Source: Escherichia coli
Lineage (GTDB): Bacteria > Pseudomonadota > Gammaproteobacteria > Enterobacterales > Enterobacteriaceae
Assembly (NCBI RefSeq): GCF_002854065.1
Contig: NZ_CP024147.1
Length of the DNA stretch: 64,000 nt
Strand: one strand, 5' to 3'
Part shown: positions 1 to 11,749 of the stretch, one piece after another
Layout: each line of letters begins with the position of its first letter
Position numbering within the stretch: position 1 is the first letter of the stretch
Notes under the pieces: generated by a model
Databases searched by the model: none
What the model was told of the DNA's origin: nothing
What the model saw: only the letters and a program-made list of their open reading frames with translations
Made by a program: the position numbers and the translations under genes

Positions 1-21
1 ATTTGTGGACTAAATCTAGTT

Positions 22-38
22 TTGGAAAAATATTCCAA
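22..38. promoter_or_regulatory. AllR operator-like palindrome TTGGAAaaatatTTCCAA upstream of allA
   Basis: Near-perfect inverted repeat TTGGAA/TTCCAA in the region upstream of allA; same half-sites recur before gcl. Confidence 0.5.
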
Positions 39-143
39 CTTTTGTATTGATGTTGTTCTCTTAAGGTTTTAGATTGCCTGTTATTGAAACCAAGCTGACC
101 GGTCGGCGGTGGTTGAACGGAATTATGTTACAAGGACAAAAAG

Positions 144-626
144 ATGAAACTTCAGGTATTACCGTTAAGTCAGGAAGCCTTTAGTGCTTATGGCGACGTA
201 ATCGAAACGCAGCAACGGGATTTTTTCCATATTAACAATGGCCTGGTGGAGCGTTACCACGATTTGGCGCTGGTTGAGATTCTTGAGCAAGACCGTACGC
301 TTATCAGCATTAACCGCGCGCAACCGGCGAATCTGCCGCTGACCATTCACGAACTCGAACGTCATCCGCTGGGTACTCAGGCCTTTATCCCGATGAAAGG
401 TGAGGTGTTTGTGGTGGTCGTGGCGTTAGGTGACGACAAACCAGACCTGTCAACCCTGCGGGCGTTTATTACCAACGGCGAACAGGGAGTGAATTACCAT
501 CGTAACGTCTGGCATCACCCACTTTTCGCCTGGCAGCGCGTCACCGATTTTCTGACCATCGATCGCGGCGGCAGTGACAACTGTGATGTTGAAAGTATTC
601 CTGAACAGGAACTCTGTTTTGCGTGA
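144..626 (+). CDS. allA: ureidoglycolate lyase
   Basis: 160-aa ORF recognised as AllA; located immediately upstream of allR as in E. coli. Confidence 0.9.
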
Positions 627-703
627 CGCCTGCAACCGACTTGCATAAGATAAACTAATTGTTCATTGTTTATGCTCACTTGTAGGTCGGAGTTAACGTA
701 GGT

Positions 704-1519
704 ATGACGGAAGTTAGACGGCGCGGCAGGCCAGGACAGGCGGAGCCTGTGGCACAGAAGGGCGCACAGGCATTAGAGCGGGGAATTGCGATTCTGCAAT
801 ATCTGGAAAAAAGTGGGGGAAGTTCGTCGGTTAGCGATATTTCTCTCAATCTGGATTTGCCGCTCTCCACGACCTTTCGCTTGCTGAAGGTTTTACAGGC
901 AGCGGATTTTGTCTATCAGGACAGTCAGTTAGGCTGGTGGCATATAGGATTAGGTGTCTTTAACGTCGGTGCAGCGTACATCCATAACCGCGATGTCCTC
1001 TCCGTCGCCGGGCCGTTTATGCGCCGCCTGATGTTACTTTCCGGCGAAACGGTCAATGTCGCGATCCGTAACGGCAATGAAGCGGTATTAATTGGTCAGT
1101 TAGAGTGTAAATCGATGGTCAGGATGTGCGCGCCACTGGGCAGTCGTCTGCCACTGCATGCTTCCGGTGCGGGCAAAGCGCTGCTTTATCCGCTGGCGGA
1201 AGAGGAGTTGATGAGCATCATTCTGCAAACCGGTTTGCAGCAGTTTACGCCAACTACGCTTGTGGATATGCCCACCCTGCTGAAGGACCTGGAACAAGCG
1301 CGTGAACTGGGCTATACCGTAGATAAAGAAGAGCATGTTGTAGGCCTGAATTGCATAGCTTCAGCAATTTATGACGATGTCGGTAGTGTTGTTGCCGCTA
1401 TCTCCATCTCCGGGCCTTCATCAAGACTGACAGAAGATCGTTTTGTCAGTCAGGGTGAGCTGGTCAGAGACACCGCCCGCGATATCAGCACGGCGTTGGG
1501 ACTGAAAGCACATCCATAA
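704..1519 (+). CDS. allR: IclR-family repressor of the allantoin regulon
   Basis: 271-aa ORF recognised as AllR; synteny allA-allR-gcl. Confidence 0.9.
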
Positions 1520-1531
1520 TGTCTGTCGCAT

Positions 1532-1556
1532 CCCGCTCTGCGGAGCGGGTTTTTTT
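1532..1556 (+). terminator. rho-independent terminator after allR
   Basis: Stem CCCGCTC/GAGCGGG with 4-nt loop followed by TTTTTTT. Confidence 0.6.
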
Positions 1557-1571
1557 GACAAAATTTGAAAG

Positions 1572-1588
1572 TTGGAAAATTTTTCCAA
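1572..1588. promoter_or_regulatory. AllR operator-like palindrome TTGGAAaatttTTCCAA in gcl promoter
   Basis: Inverted repeat TTGGAA/TTCCAA about 20 nt upstream of the gcl start; matches site at 22-38. Confidence 0.55.
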
Positions 1589-1608
1589 TTAATAGAGGTA
1601 GGAATAAA

Positions 1609-3390
1609 ATGGCAAAAATGAGAGCCGTTGACGCGGCAATGTATGTGCTGGAGAAAGAAGGTATCACCACCGCCTTCGGTGTTCCGGGAGCTGCAATCAA
1701 TCCGTTCTACTCAGCGATGCGTAAGCACGGCGGTATTCGTCACATTCTGGCGCGTCATGTGGAAGGTGCTTCGCACATGGCGGAAGGTTATACCCGCGCA
1801 ACGGCAGGGAATATCGGCGTATGTCTGGGGACTTCCGGTCCTGCGGGCACGGACATGATCACCGCGCTCTATTCTGCTTCTGCTGATTCCATTCCTATTC
1901 TGTGCATTACCGGCCAGGCTCCGCGCGCCCGTCTGCATAAAGAAGATTTTCAGGCCGTAGATATTGAAGCAATTGCTAAACCGGTCAGCAAAATGGCGGT
2001 TACAGTACGTGAAGCGGCGCTGGTGCCTCGCGTGCTGCAACAGGCATTTCACCTGATGCGTTCTGGTCGTCCGGGTCCGGTACTGGTGGATTTACCGTTC
2101 GACGTTCAGGTTGCGGAAATCGAGTTTGATCCTGACATGTACGAACCGCTGCCGGTCTACAAACCTGCTGCCAGCCGTATGCAGATCGAAAAAGCTGTAG
2201 AAATGTTAATCCAGGCCGAACGTCCGGTGATTGTTGCCGGGGGCGGGGTAATCAATGCTGACGCAGCTGCACTGTTACAACAGTTTGCTGAACTGACCAG
2301 CGTTCCGGTGATCCCAACGCTGATGGGCTGGGGCTGTATCCCGGACGATCATGAACTGATGGCCGGGATGGTCGGTCTGCAAACCGCGCATCGTTACGGT
2401 AACGCAACGTTGCTGGCGTCCGACATGGTGTTTGGTATCGGTAACCGTTTTGCTAACCGTCATACCGGTTCGGTAGAGAAATACACCGAAGGGCGCAAAA
2501 TCGTTCATATCGATATTGAGCCGACGCAAATTGGTCGCGTGCTGTGTCCGGATCTCGGCATTGTCTCTGATGCTAAAGCGGCGCTGACACTGCTGGTTGA
2601 AGTGGCGCAGGAGATGCAAAAAGCGGGTCGTCTGCCGTGTCGTAAAGAATGGGTCGCCGACTGCCAGCAGCGCAAACGCACTTTGCTGCGCAAAACCCAC
2701 TTCGACAACGTGCCGGTGAAACCGCAGCGCGTGTATGAAGAGATGAACAAAGCCTTTGGTCGCGATGTTTGTTATGTCACCACCATTGGCCTGTCACAAA
2801 TCGCTGCGGCACAAATGCTGCATGTCTTTAAAGACCGCCACTGGATCAACTGTGGTCAGGCTGGTCCGTTAGGCTGGACGATTCCGGCGGCGCTGGGGGT
2901 TTGTGCCGCTGATCCGAAACGCAATGTGGTGGCGATTTCTGGCGACTTTGACTTCCAGTTCCTGATTGAAGAGTTAGCCGTTGGCGCGCAGTTCAACATT
3001 CCGTACATCCATGTGCTGGTGAATAACGCCTATCTCGGCCTGATTCGTCAGTCACAACGCGCCTTTGACATGGACTACTGCGTGCAACTCGCTTTCGAGA
3101 ATATCAACTCCAGCGAAGTGAACGGTTACGGCGTCGACCACGTAAAAGTAGCGGAAGGTTTAGGTTGTAAAGCGATTCGCGTCTTCAAACCGGAAGATAT
3201 TGCACCGGCCTTTGAACAGGCGAAAGCCTTAATGGCGCAATATCGGGTACCGGTAGTCGTGGAAGTTATTCTCGAGCGTGTGACCAATATTTCGATGGGC
3301 AGCGAACTGGATAACGTCATGGAATTTGAAGATATCGCCGATAACGCAGCGGATGCACCGACTGAAACCTGCTTCATGCACTATGAATAA
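1609..3390 (+). CDS. gcl: glyoxylate carboligase (tartronate-semialdehyde synthase)
   Basis: 593 aa from [18 protein letters not shown]; ThDP-enzyme; track ORF 1519 start rejected because terminator and operator lie inside the extension. Confidence 0.92.
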
Positions 3391-3402
3391 GGGAGATAAA
3401 TA

Positions 3403-4179
3403 ATGTTACGTTTCTCTGCTAATTTATCGATGTTATTTGGTGAATATGATTTTCTCGTCCGTTTTGAGAAAGCTGCGCAGTGTGGTTTTCGCGGCGTTGA
3501 ATTTATGTTCCCTTATGACTACGACATTGAAGAATTAAAACAGGTACTGGCGAGTAATAAACTCGAACATACGCTGCACAATTTACCGGCAGGTGACTGG
3601 GCGGCGGGCGAGCGGGGTATTGCCTGTATTCCTGGCCGTGAAGAAGAGTTTCGGGATGGCGTAGCAGCAGCGATTCGTTATGCTCGTGCGCTGGGTAATA
3701 AAAAAATTAACTGTCTGGTCGGTAAAACGCCGACTGGTTTCAGCAGTGAACAGATTCACGCAACGCTTGTAGAAAACCTGCGTTATGCCGCGAATATGCT
3801 GATGAAAGAAGATATTTTATTACTGATTGAACCTATTAACCATTTTGATATTCCTGGTTTCCATCTCACCGGAACTCGGCAGGCGCTGAAATTGATTGAT
3901 GATGTTGGTTGCTGCAATTTGAAAATTCAGTATGACATTTATCACATGCAGCGGATGGAAGGTGAATTAACCAACACCATGACTCAGTGGGCCGATAAAA
4001 TTGGTCACCTGCAAATTGCCGATAATCCGCATCGCGGCGAACCGGGGACCGGAGAAATTAATTATGATTATCTCTTTAAGGTAATCGAAAATTCTGACTA
4101 CAACGGTTGGGTTGGTTGTGAATATAAACCCCAAACTACCACGGAAGCCGGTTTACGCTGGATGGATCCGTACCGTTAA
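3403..4179 (+). CDS. hyi: hydroxypyruvate isomerase
   Basis: 258-aa ORF recognised as Hyi; gcl-hyi-glxR synteny. Confidence 0.9.
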   Translation: MLRFSANLSMLFGEYDFLVRFEKAAQCGFRGVEFMFPYDYDIEELKQVLASNKLEHTLHNLPAGDWAAGERGIACIPGREEEFRDGVAAAIRYARALGNKKINCLVGKTPTGFSSEQIHATLVENLRYAANMLMKEDILLLIEPINHFDIPGFHLTGTRQALKLIDDVGCCNLKIQYDIYHMQRMEGELTNTMTQWADKIGHLQIADNPHRGEPGTGEINYDYLFKVIENSDYNGWVGCEYKPQTTTEAGLRWMDPYR

Positions 4180-4278
4180 AACGTAACGCTGTTCAGGCAA
4201 TGCTTTTTTAGGCCGCTAAGTTGGCAGGGGATCGTGTTGTCTGAATCCAGGAAAAGCAAAATTTAAAAGAGGTTAATT

Positions 4279-5157
4279 ATGAAACTGGGATTTATTGGCT
4301 TAGGCATTATGGGTACACCGATGGCCATTAATCTGGCGCGTGCCGGTCATCAACTGCATGTCACAACCATTGGTCCGGTTGCTGATGAATTACTGTCACT
4401 GGGTGCCGTCAGTGTTGAAACTGCGCACCAGGTAACGGAAGCATCGGACATCATTTTTATTATGGTGCCGGATACACCACAGGTTGAAGAAGTTCTGTTC
4501 GGTGAAAATGGTTGTACCAAAGCCTCGCTGAAGGGCAAAACCATTGTTGATATGAGCTCCATTTCCCCGATTGAAACTAAACGTTTCGCTCGTCAGGTGA
4601 ATGAACTGGGCGGTGATTATCTCGATGCGCCAGTCTCCGGCGGTGAAATCGGCGCGCGTGAAGGGACGTTGTCAATTATGGTTGGCGGTGACGAAGCGGT
4701 ATTTGAACGTGTTAAACCGCTGTTTGAACTGCTCGGTAAAAATATCACCCTTGTGGGCGGTAACGGCGACGGTCAAACCTGCAAAGTGGCAAATCAGATT
4801 ATCGTAGCGCTCAATATTGAAGCGGTCTCTGAAGCTCTGCTGTTTGCTTCAAAAGCCGGTGCAGACCCGGTACGTGTGCGCCAGGCGCTGATGGGCGGCT
4901 TTGCTTCCTCACGTATTCTGGAAGTTCACGGTGAGCGCATGATTAAACGCACCTTTAATCCAGGTTTCAAAATTGCGCTGCACCAGAAAGATCTCAACCT
5001 GGCACTGCAAAGTGCGAAGACACTGGCGCTGAACCTGCCAAACACCGCGACCTGCCAGGAGTTATTTAATACCTGTGCGGCAAACGGTGGCAGCCAGTTG
5101 GATCACTCTGCGTTAGTGCAGGCGCTGGAATTAATGGCGAATCATAATCTGGCCTGA
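4279..5157 (+). CDS. glxR: tartronate semialdehyde reductase
   Basis: 292-aa ORF with N-terminal GxGxxG NAD-binding motif (GFIGLGIMG); recognised as GlxR. Confidence 0.9.
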   Translation: MKLGFIGLGIMGTPMAINLARAGHQLHVTTIGPVADELLSLGAVSVETAHQVTEASDIIFIMVPDTPQVEEVLFGENGCTKASLKGKTIVDMSSISPIETKRFARQVNELGGDYLDAPVSGGEIGAREGTLSIMVGGDEAVFERVKPLFELLGKNITLVGGNGDGQTCKVANQIIVALNIEAVSEALLFASKAGADPVRVRQALMGGFASSRILEVHGERMIKRTFNPGFKIALHQKDLNLALQSAKTLALNLPNTATCQELFNTCAANGGSQLDHSALVQALELMANHNLA

Positions 5158-5325
5158 TACCCGCAATAAAAATGGCCGATATCAGAAAATGAATCGGCCA
5201 GCAATATTAAAAAAGAAAGCAGCCAAAGATGTTGCTTCAGTATTAAAAATAATATTTTTATTTTATTTGTTCCTCATAGCTAGATTAAAACAACGTTATT
5301 CGATACGTGAAATTAAGAGGGATTT

Positions 5326-6780
5326 ATGGAACATCAGAGAAAACTATTCCAGCAACGCGGCTATAGCGAAGATCTATTGCCGAAAACGCAAAGCCAGCGG
5401 ACCTGGAAAACATTTAACTATTTTACCTTATGGATGGGTTCGGTTCATAACGTTCCCAATTATGTGATGGTCGGCGGCTTTTTTATTCTCGGCTTGTCTA
5501 CCTTTAGTATTATGCTGGCAATTATCCTCAGCGCCTTTTTCATTGCCGCGGTAATGGTATTAAACGGCGCTGCGGGCAGTAAATACGGCGTACCGTTTGC
5601 CATGATCCTGCGTGCTTCTTACGGCGTACGTGGCGCACTGTTTCCCGGATTATTAAGAGGCGGTATTGCTGCCATTATGTGGTTTGGCCTGCAATGTTAC
5701 GCGGGGTCACTGGCCTGCTTGATTCTGATTGGCAAAATCTGGCCGGGATTTTTGACTCTCGGTGGTGATTTCACTCTATTAGGCCTTTCTCTACCGGGCT
5801 TAATTACTTTCTTACTCTTCTGGCTGGTCAACGTTGGTATAGGTTTTGGCGGTGGCAAAGTTTTAAATAAATTCACTGCCATTCTTAACCCGTGCATCTA
5901 TATCGTTTTCGGCGGTATGGCGATTTGGGCGATTTCGCTGGTCGGGCTCGGTCCAATCTTTGACTACATTCCGAGCGGTATTCAGAAAGCAGAAAACAGT
6001 GGATTCTTGTTCCTGGTGGTGATTAACGCGGTAGTTGCGGTCTGGGCGGCACCGGCGGTGAGCGCATCCGACTTTACGCAAAACGCCCACTCGTTTCGTG
6101 AGCAAGCGCTGGGGCAAACGCTGGGTTTAGTTGTGGCCTATATTCTGTTTGCGGTCGCTGGGGTATGTATTATTGCCGGAGCCAGTATTCACTACGGCGC
6201 TGACACCTGGAACGTGCTGGATATTGTTCAGCGTTGGGACAGCCTGTTTGCCTCGTTCTTTGCGGTACTGGTTATTCTGATGACGACCATTTCCACTAAC
6301 GCCACCGGTAATATTATTCCGGCCGGTTATCAGATTGCTGCCATTGCACCGACAAAACTGACCTATAAAAACGGCGTACTGATTGCCAGTATTATCAGCC
6401 TGCTGATCTGCCCGTGGAAATTAATGGAAAATCAGGACAGTATTTATCTGTTCCTCGATATCATCGGCGGAATGCTGGGTCCGGTAATTGGTGTCATGAT
6501 GGCGCATTATTTTGTGGTGATGCGTGGGCAAATTAATCTTGATGAACTGTACACCGCACCTGGCGATTATAAATATTACGATAACGGTTTTAACCTCACC
6601 GCGTTTTCAGTAACTCTGGTGGCCGTTATTTTATCTCTTGGCGGTAAGTTTATTCCCTTTATGGAACCGTTATCGCGTGTTTCATGGTTTGTCGGCGTCA
6701 TCGTCGCCTTTGCGGCCTACGCCTTATTAAAGAAACGTACAACAGCAGAAAAAACAGGAGAGCAAAAAACCATAGGTTAA
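5326..6780 (+). CDS. ybbW: allantoin permease (NCS1 family transporter)
   Basis: 484-aa polytopic membrane ORF recognised as YbbW/AllW. Confidence 0.85.
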   Translation: MEHQRKLFQQRGYSEDLLPKTQSQRTWKTFNYFTLWMGSVHNVPNYVMVGGFFILGLSTFSIMLAIILSAFFIAAVMVLNGAAGSKYGVPFAMILRASYGVRGALFPGLLRGGIAAIMWFGLQCYAGSLACLILIGKIWPGFLTLGGDFTLLGLSLPGLITFLLFWLVNVGIGFGGGKVLNKFTAILNPCIYIVFGGMAIWAISLVGLGPIFDYIPSGIQKAENSGFLFLVVINAVVAVWAAPAVSASDFTQNAHSFREQALGQTLGLVVAYILFAVAGVCIIAGASIHYGADTWNVLDIVQRWDSLFASFFAVLVILMTTISTNATGNIIPAGYQIAAIAPTKLTYKNGVLIASIISLLICPWKLMENQDSIYLFLDIIGGMLGPVIGVMMAHYFVVMRGQINLDELYTAPGDYKYYDNGFNLTAFSVTLVAVILSLGGKFIPFMEPLSRVSWFVGVIVAFAAYALLKKRTTAEKTGEQKTIG

Positions 6781-6839
6781 TTAATCCCGATATTGAACAT
6801 TGAGTTAAAAACCAATCTGTATTTTACAAGGAGTTTGTT

Positions 6840-8201
6840 ATGTCTTTTGATTTAATCATTAAAAACGGCACCGTTATTTTAGAAAACGAAGCTCGCGTTG
6901 TAGATATCGCCGTTAAAGGCGGCAAAATTGCTGCTATCGGTCAGGATCTGGGCGATGCAAAAGAAGTTATGGATGCGTCTGGTCTGGTGGTTTCGCCGGG
7001 CATGGTTGATGCGCACACCCATATTTCTGAACCGGGTCGTAGCCACTGGGAAGGTTATGAAACCGGTACTCGCGCAGCGGCAAAAGGTGGTATCACCACC
7101 ATGATCGAAATGCCGCTCAACCAGCTGCCTGCAACGGTTGACCGCGCTTCAATTGAACTGAAGTTCGATGCCGCTAAAGGCAAGCTGACTATCGATGCGG
7201 CACAACTCGGTGGCCTGGTGTCTTACAACATCGACCGTCTGCATGAGCTGGATGAAGTGGGCGTTGTCGGCTTCAAATGCTTCGTTGCGACCTGTGGCGA
7301 TCGCGGTATCGACAACGACTTCCGTGATGTAAACGACTGGCAGTTCTTCAAAGGTGCGCAGAAGCTGGGCGAACTGGGGCAGCCGGTGCTGGTGCACTGC
7401 GAAAACGCGCTGATCTGTGACGCACTGGGCGAAGAAGCGAAACGTGAAGGTCGCATAACTGCCCATGACTATGTGGCTTCGCGTCCGGTATTTACCGAAG
7501 TGGAAGCGATTCGCCGCGTGCTGTATCTGGCGAAAGTTGCCGGTTGCCGTCTGCACGTTTGCCATATCAGCAGCCCGGAAGGCGTTGAAGAAGTGACTCG
7601 TGCACGTCAGGAAGGTCAGGACGTTACTTGTGAATCCTGCCCGCATTACTTTGTACTGGATACCGATCAGTTCGAAGAAATCGGTACTCTGGCGAAGTGT
7701 TCACCGCCGATCCGCGATCTGGAAAACCAGAAAGGCATGTGGGAAAAACTGTTTAACGGTGAAATCGACTGCCTGGTTTCCAACCACTCACCATGCCCTC
7801 CGGAAATGAAAGCCGGCAACATCATGGAAGCATGGGGCGGTATTGCCGGTCTGCAAAACTGTATGGACGTGATGTTCGATGAAGCGGTACAGAAACGCGG
7901 AATGTCTCTGCCAATGTTCGGCAAATTAATGGCGACTAACGCAGCAGATATTTTCGGTCTGCAGCAAAAAGGCCGTATCGCCCCAGGAAAAGATGCCGAC
8001 TTCGTCTTCATTCAGCCGAATAGCAGCTATGTTCTTACCAATGACGATCTGGAATATCGCCACAAAGTCAGCCCGTATGTTGGCCGTACCATTGGCGCGC
8101 GTATCACGAAAACCATCTTACGTGGTGATGTGATTTACGACATCGAACAGGGCTTCCCTGTTGCGCCGAAAGGTCAATTTATCCTTAAACATCAGCAGTA
8201 A
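6840..8201 (+). CDS. allB: allantoinase
   Basis: 453-aa ORF with amidohydrolase metal-binding motifs (DAHTH); recognised as AllB. Confidence 0.92.
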   Translation: MSFDLIIKNGTVILENEARVVDIAVKGGKIAAIGQDLGDAKEVMDASGLVVSPGMVDAHTHISEPGRSHWEGYETGTRAAAKGGITTMIEMPLNQLPATVDRASIELKFDAAKGKLTIDAAQLGGLVSYNIDRLHELDEVGVVGFKCFVATCGDRGIDNDFRDVNDWQFFKGAQKLGELGQPVLVHCENALICDALGEEAKREGRITAHDYVASRPVFTEVEAIRRVLYLAKVAGCRLHVCHISSPEGVEEVTRARQEGQDVTCESCPHYFVLDTDQFEEIGTLAKCSPPIRDLENQKGMWEKLFNGEIDCLVSNHSPCPPEMKAGNIMEAWGGIAGLQNCMDVMFDEAVQKRGMSLPMFGKLMATNAADIFGLQQKGRIAPGKDADFVFIQPNSSYVLTNDDLEYRHKVSPYVGRTIGARITKTILRGDVIYDIEQGFPVAPKGQFILKHQQ

Positions 8202-8251
8202 TCTGGCCCCTGCAATGCCCGTCCTTGCGGCGGGCATTCTCCGGTTAAGGT

Positions 8252-9559
8252 GTGTTTATGTTCAATTTTGCAGTTAGCCGCGAAAGCCTGTTATCAGGAT
8301 TTCAGTGGTTTTTCTTTATTTTTTGCAACACGGTTGTGGTTCCTCCTACGCTACTTTCTGCTTTTCAGTTGCCGCAAAGTAGCCTGCTTACGCTCACGCA
8401 ATATGCTTTTCTTGCTACCGCACTGGCCTGCTTCGCTCAGGCGTTTTGCGGTCATCGTCGCGCTATTATGGAAGGGCCGGGGGGCCTGTGGTGGGGAACC
8501 ATCCTAACTATCACCCTTGGCGAAGCATCGCGCGGGACACCGATCAACGATATCGCCACCAGCCTGGCAGTGGGGATTGCGCTCTCCGGCGTGCTGACGA
8601 TGTTGATTGGTTTTAGCGGATTAGGCCATCGCCTGGCACGGTTATTTACGCCGTCGGTGATGGTCTTGTTTATGTTGATGCTGGGCGCGCAGCTGGCCAC
8701 TATCTTTTTCAAAGGTATGCTCGGGCTGCCGTTTGGCATAGCCGACCCAAATTTTAAAATTCAGTTACCACCGTTCGCGCTCTCGGTGGCGGTGATGTGC
8801 CTAGTACTGGCGATGATTATTTTCCTGCCGCAACGTTTTGCCCGTTATGGCCTGCTGGTCGGCACCATAACCGGCTGGTTGTTGTGGGACTTTTGCTTTC
8901 CTTCTTCGCATTCGCTCTCCGGTGAGTTGCACTGGCAGTGGTTCCCGCTCGGCAGTGGCGGTGCTTTGTCTCCGGGGATTATTCTGACGGCGGTGATTAC
9001 AGGTCTGGTGAATATCAGCAATACCTACGGTGCGATTCGGGGCACGGATGTTTTTTATCCGCAGCAGGGCGCGGGGAATACGCGTTATCGTCGTAGCTTT
9101 GTGGCGACCGGATTTATGACGCTGATAACCGTACCGCTGGCGGTAATTCCATTTTCACCGTTTGTTTCATCCATTGGTTTATTAACCCAGACTGGCGATT
9201 ACACGCGGCGTTCGTTTATTTATGGCAGCGTTATTTGCCTGCTGGTGGCGCTGGTTCCTGCACTCACGCGACTGTTTTGCAGTATCCCTTTACCCGTGAG
9301 TAGTGCGGTCATGCTGGTTTCTTATCTGCCTTTACTCTTTTCCGCGCTGGTGTTTAGCCAGCAAATAACGTTTACCGCTCGCAATATTTATCGACTCGCA
9401 TTGCCGTTATTTGTCGGCATATTTTTAATGGCATTACCGCCTGTGTATCTGCAAGACCTTCCATTAACGCTTCGTCCTCTGCTCAGTAACGGCTTATTGG
9501 TCGGGATTTTACTGGCTGTTCTTATGGATAACCTTATTCCGTGGGAACGCATCGAATAA
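8252..9559 (+). CDS. ybbY: putative purine/uracil permease family transporter
   Basis: 435-aa hydrophobic ORF recognised as YbbY; start may be 2 codons later. Confidence 0.8.
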   Translation: MFMFNFAVSRESLLSGFQWFFFIFCNTVVVPPTLLSAFQLPQSSLLTLTQYAFLATALACFAQAFCGHRRAIMEGPGGLWWGTILTITLGEASRGTPINDIATSLAVGIALSGVLTMLIGFSGLGHRLARLFTPSVMVLFMLMLGAQLATIFFKGMLGLPFGIADPNFKIQLPPFALSVAVMCLVLAMIIFLPQRFARYGLLVGTITGWLLWDFCFPSSHSLSGELHWQWFPLGSGGALSPGIILTAVITGLVNISNTYGAIRGTDVFYPQQGAGNTRYRRSFVATGFMTLITVPLAVIPFSPFVSSIGLLTQTGDYTRRSFIYGSVICLLVALVPALTRLFCSIPLPVSSAVMLVSYLPLLFSALVFSQQITFTARNIYRLALPLFVGIFLMALPPVYLQDLPLTLRPLLSNGLLVGILLAVLMDNLIPWERIE

Positions 9560-9580
9560 TTTGTTGAAAAAGGATTGATA

Positions 9581-10726
9581 ATGAAGATTGTCATTGCGCC
9601 AGACTCTTTTAAAGAGAGCTTAAGTGCAGAAAAATGTTGTCAGGCAATTAAAGCCGGGTTTTCGACCCTCTTTCCCGATGCGAACTATATCTGTTTGCCG
9701 ATAGCGGATGGCGGCGAAGGGACGGTGGATGCGATGGTCGCCGCGACGGGCGGCAACATCGTGACGCTTGAAGTCTGCGGGCCGATGGGCGAAAAAGTGA
9801 ATGCTTTTTATGGCATTACCGGCGACGGGAAAACGGCGGTGATTGAGATGGCGGCAGCAAGTGGCCTGATGCTGGTCGCGCCTGAAAAGCGTAATCCGTT
9901 GCTGGCCTCCAGTTTTGGTACGGGGGAGTTAATTCGTCATGCGCTGGATAACGGCATTCGCCATATTATTCTCGGCATTGGCGGCAGTGCGACGGTCGAC
10001 GGCGGTATGGGCATGGCGCAGGCGCTCGGTGTGCGTTTCCTTGATGCCGACGGTCAGGTGCTGGTGGCTAACGGCGGCAATTTAGCGCGCGTGGCAAGCA
10101 TTGAGATGGAGGAATGCGATCCGCGTCTGGCGAACTGCCATATTGAAGTAGCATGTGACGTTGATAACCCGCTGGTAGGGGCACGCGGCGCGGCGGCGGT
10201 GTTTGGCCCGCAAAAAGGGGCAACGCCGGAGATGGTCGAAGAACTTGAACAGGGGCTGCAAAATTACGCCCGTGTTTTACAACAGCAAACTGAAATTAAT
10301 GTCTGCCAGATGGCGGGCGGCGGCGCTGCGGGCGGTATGGGTATTGCGGCGGCGGTATTTCTCAATGCGGATATTAAACCGGGTATTGAGATTGTACTGC
10401 GTGCGGTCAACCTGGAGCAGGCGGTGCAGGGGGCAGCACTGGTGATCACCGGGGAAGGGCGCATTGACTCGCAAACGGCAGGCGGTAAAGCGCCGCTGGG
10501 CGTTGCGTCGGTGGCGAAGCAGTTTAATGTACCGGTGATTGGGATTGCTGGCGTATTGGGTGATGGCGTGGAAGTGGTGCACCAGTACGGCATTGACGCG
10601 GTATTCAGCATTTTGCCACGTCTGGCACCTTTAGCCGAAGTGCTCGCCAGCGGTGAAACCAATCTCTTCAACAGCGCGCGAAATATTGCCTGCGCCATTA
10701 AAATAGGTCAGGGAATTAAAAACTGA
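9581..10726 (+). CDS. glxK: glycerate kinase II
   Basis: 381 aa from [14 protein letters not shown]; recognised as GlxK. Confidence 0.88.
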   Translation: MKIVIAPDSFKESLSAEKCCQAIKAGFSTLFPDANYICLPIADGGEGTVDAMVAATGGNIVTLEVCGPMGEKVNAFYGITGDGKTAVIEMAAASGLMLVAPEKRNPLLASSFGTGELIRHALDNGIRHIILGIGGSATVDGGMGMAQALGVRFLDADGQVLVANGGNLARVASIEMEECDPRLANCHIEVACDVDNPLVGARGAAAVFGPQKGATPEMVEELEQGLQNYARVLQQQTEINVCQMAGGGAAGGMGIAAAVFLNADIKPGIEIVLRAVNLEQAVQGAALVITGEGRIDSQTAGGKAPLGVASVAKQFNVPVIGIAGVLGDGVEVVHQYGIDAVFSILPRLAPLAEVLASGETNLFNSARNIACAIKIGQGIKN

Positions 10727-10883
10727 CCCTTACCTTTAAAGCGGATGCTATTTATTTCGTATAAGAGCGCAGTGCTCATGCCGGATGCTGCATGAGCACT
10801 ATATCCTTCCTGAAAATCGCGCAAATTCTATATATTGCAGAGATCATGTAGGCCTGATAAGCGAAGCGCATCAGGCAATGTTA

Positions 10884-10911
10884 CAAAAAAAGCCACGGTA
10901 TAAACCGTGGC
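10884..10911 (-). terminator. rho-independent terminator downstream of allE (minus strand)
   Basis: Hairpin GCCACGGT-ataa-ACCGTGGC followed by U-run when read on minus strand. Confidence 0.5.
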
Positions 10912-10953
10912 AAAATCCAACATAGCTAAAAATAATCAGGCGAGTGGTATGAC

Positions 10954-11739
10954 TTAAATCTCTACGTCGCGGTTGCAATCTTTCGAGTAAATATAGCTGA
11001 ACGCTTCACCACGCCCTACGCCATAACCAGCCTGTAAAGAATAAGCGCCCATAAAGATGTAATCGCCTTTTTTCACCGGGATCCAGTTATTGTCGAGGTT
11101 ATAAACCCCCTGACCGGAAAGAATATAGGCACCGTGTTCCTGAACGTGTGTTTCGATATAACCATGGCTGGCACCTGGTGCAAAAGAGAGGATATGCATG
11201 TTCATATCAAAACCTAACTCTTTGGGCAGAAAATCCAGCAGGATCACATCATCCATACCTTCATAGTGAATGCGTTCCAGTTCGCTGGCATTGCCAGAAA
11301 CCAGCCACGGTGCATGGCCTTCTACCGGAACATAGCGGCGCTTATATAAAAAGATTTGGCTGTCTTCGGCCTGGGCGTTAACAAACGTCATTAAGGAGCC
11401 TGGCGGGCAATAAAGATAGCCACCTTCGCTTAAGGCAAATGTTTTGCCTTCGGCTTTGGCAGTGATATTTCCAGAGATCACATACAGGAACGTTTCAATG
11501 CCTTCGCCACCGAAGCCCTGTTGGTTGCCACCGTTTTGATGCAGTGTGACCAGATAATCAACAAAAGAGGCACCCAGCTTTGGCGTGGAGAGGATTGTCG
11601 CGTCACAATTTTCAAAGCCCGGAATAATATTTTTTACCAGACCGTCTGGTGTTAACAGTGCGAAATTACCGTGTTTCACAATCGCACGGTTAGCCAGTAA
11701 ATCATCGCGGTAACCGGTGACGTTATTTAAATATCCCAT
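10954..11739 (-). CDS. allE: ureidoglycine aminohydrolase (cupin)
   Basis: 261-aa ORF recognised as YlbA/AllE. Confidence 0.88.
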   Translation of the reverse strand: MGYLNNVTGYRDDLLANRAIVKHGNFALLTPDGLVKNIIPGFENCDATILSTPKLGASFVDYLVTLHQNGGNQQGFGGEGIETFLYVISGNITAKAEGKTFALSEGGYLYCPPGSLMTFVNAQAEDSQIFLYKRRYVPVEGHAPWLVSGNASELERIHYEGMDDVILLDFLPKELGFDMNMHILSFAPGASHGYIETHVQEHGAYILSGQGVYNLDNNWIPVKKGDYIFMGAYSLQAGYGVGRGEAFSYIYSKDCNRDVEI

Positions 11740-11749
11740 TTATGACTCC

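Noticed and set aside
1519-1608. N-terminal extension of gcl proposed by the ORF track (623 aa)
   Set aside because: The extension contains the allR terminator hairpin plus T-run and the AllR operator palindrome; the downstream ATG at 1609 gives the expected [14 protein letters not shown]-terminus.
8250-8507. 85-aa plus-strand ORF overlapping the start of ybbY in another frame
   Set aside because: Fully contained within the ybbY membrane-protein coding region in an alternative frame, with no independent support.
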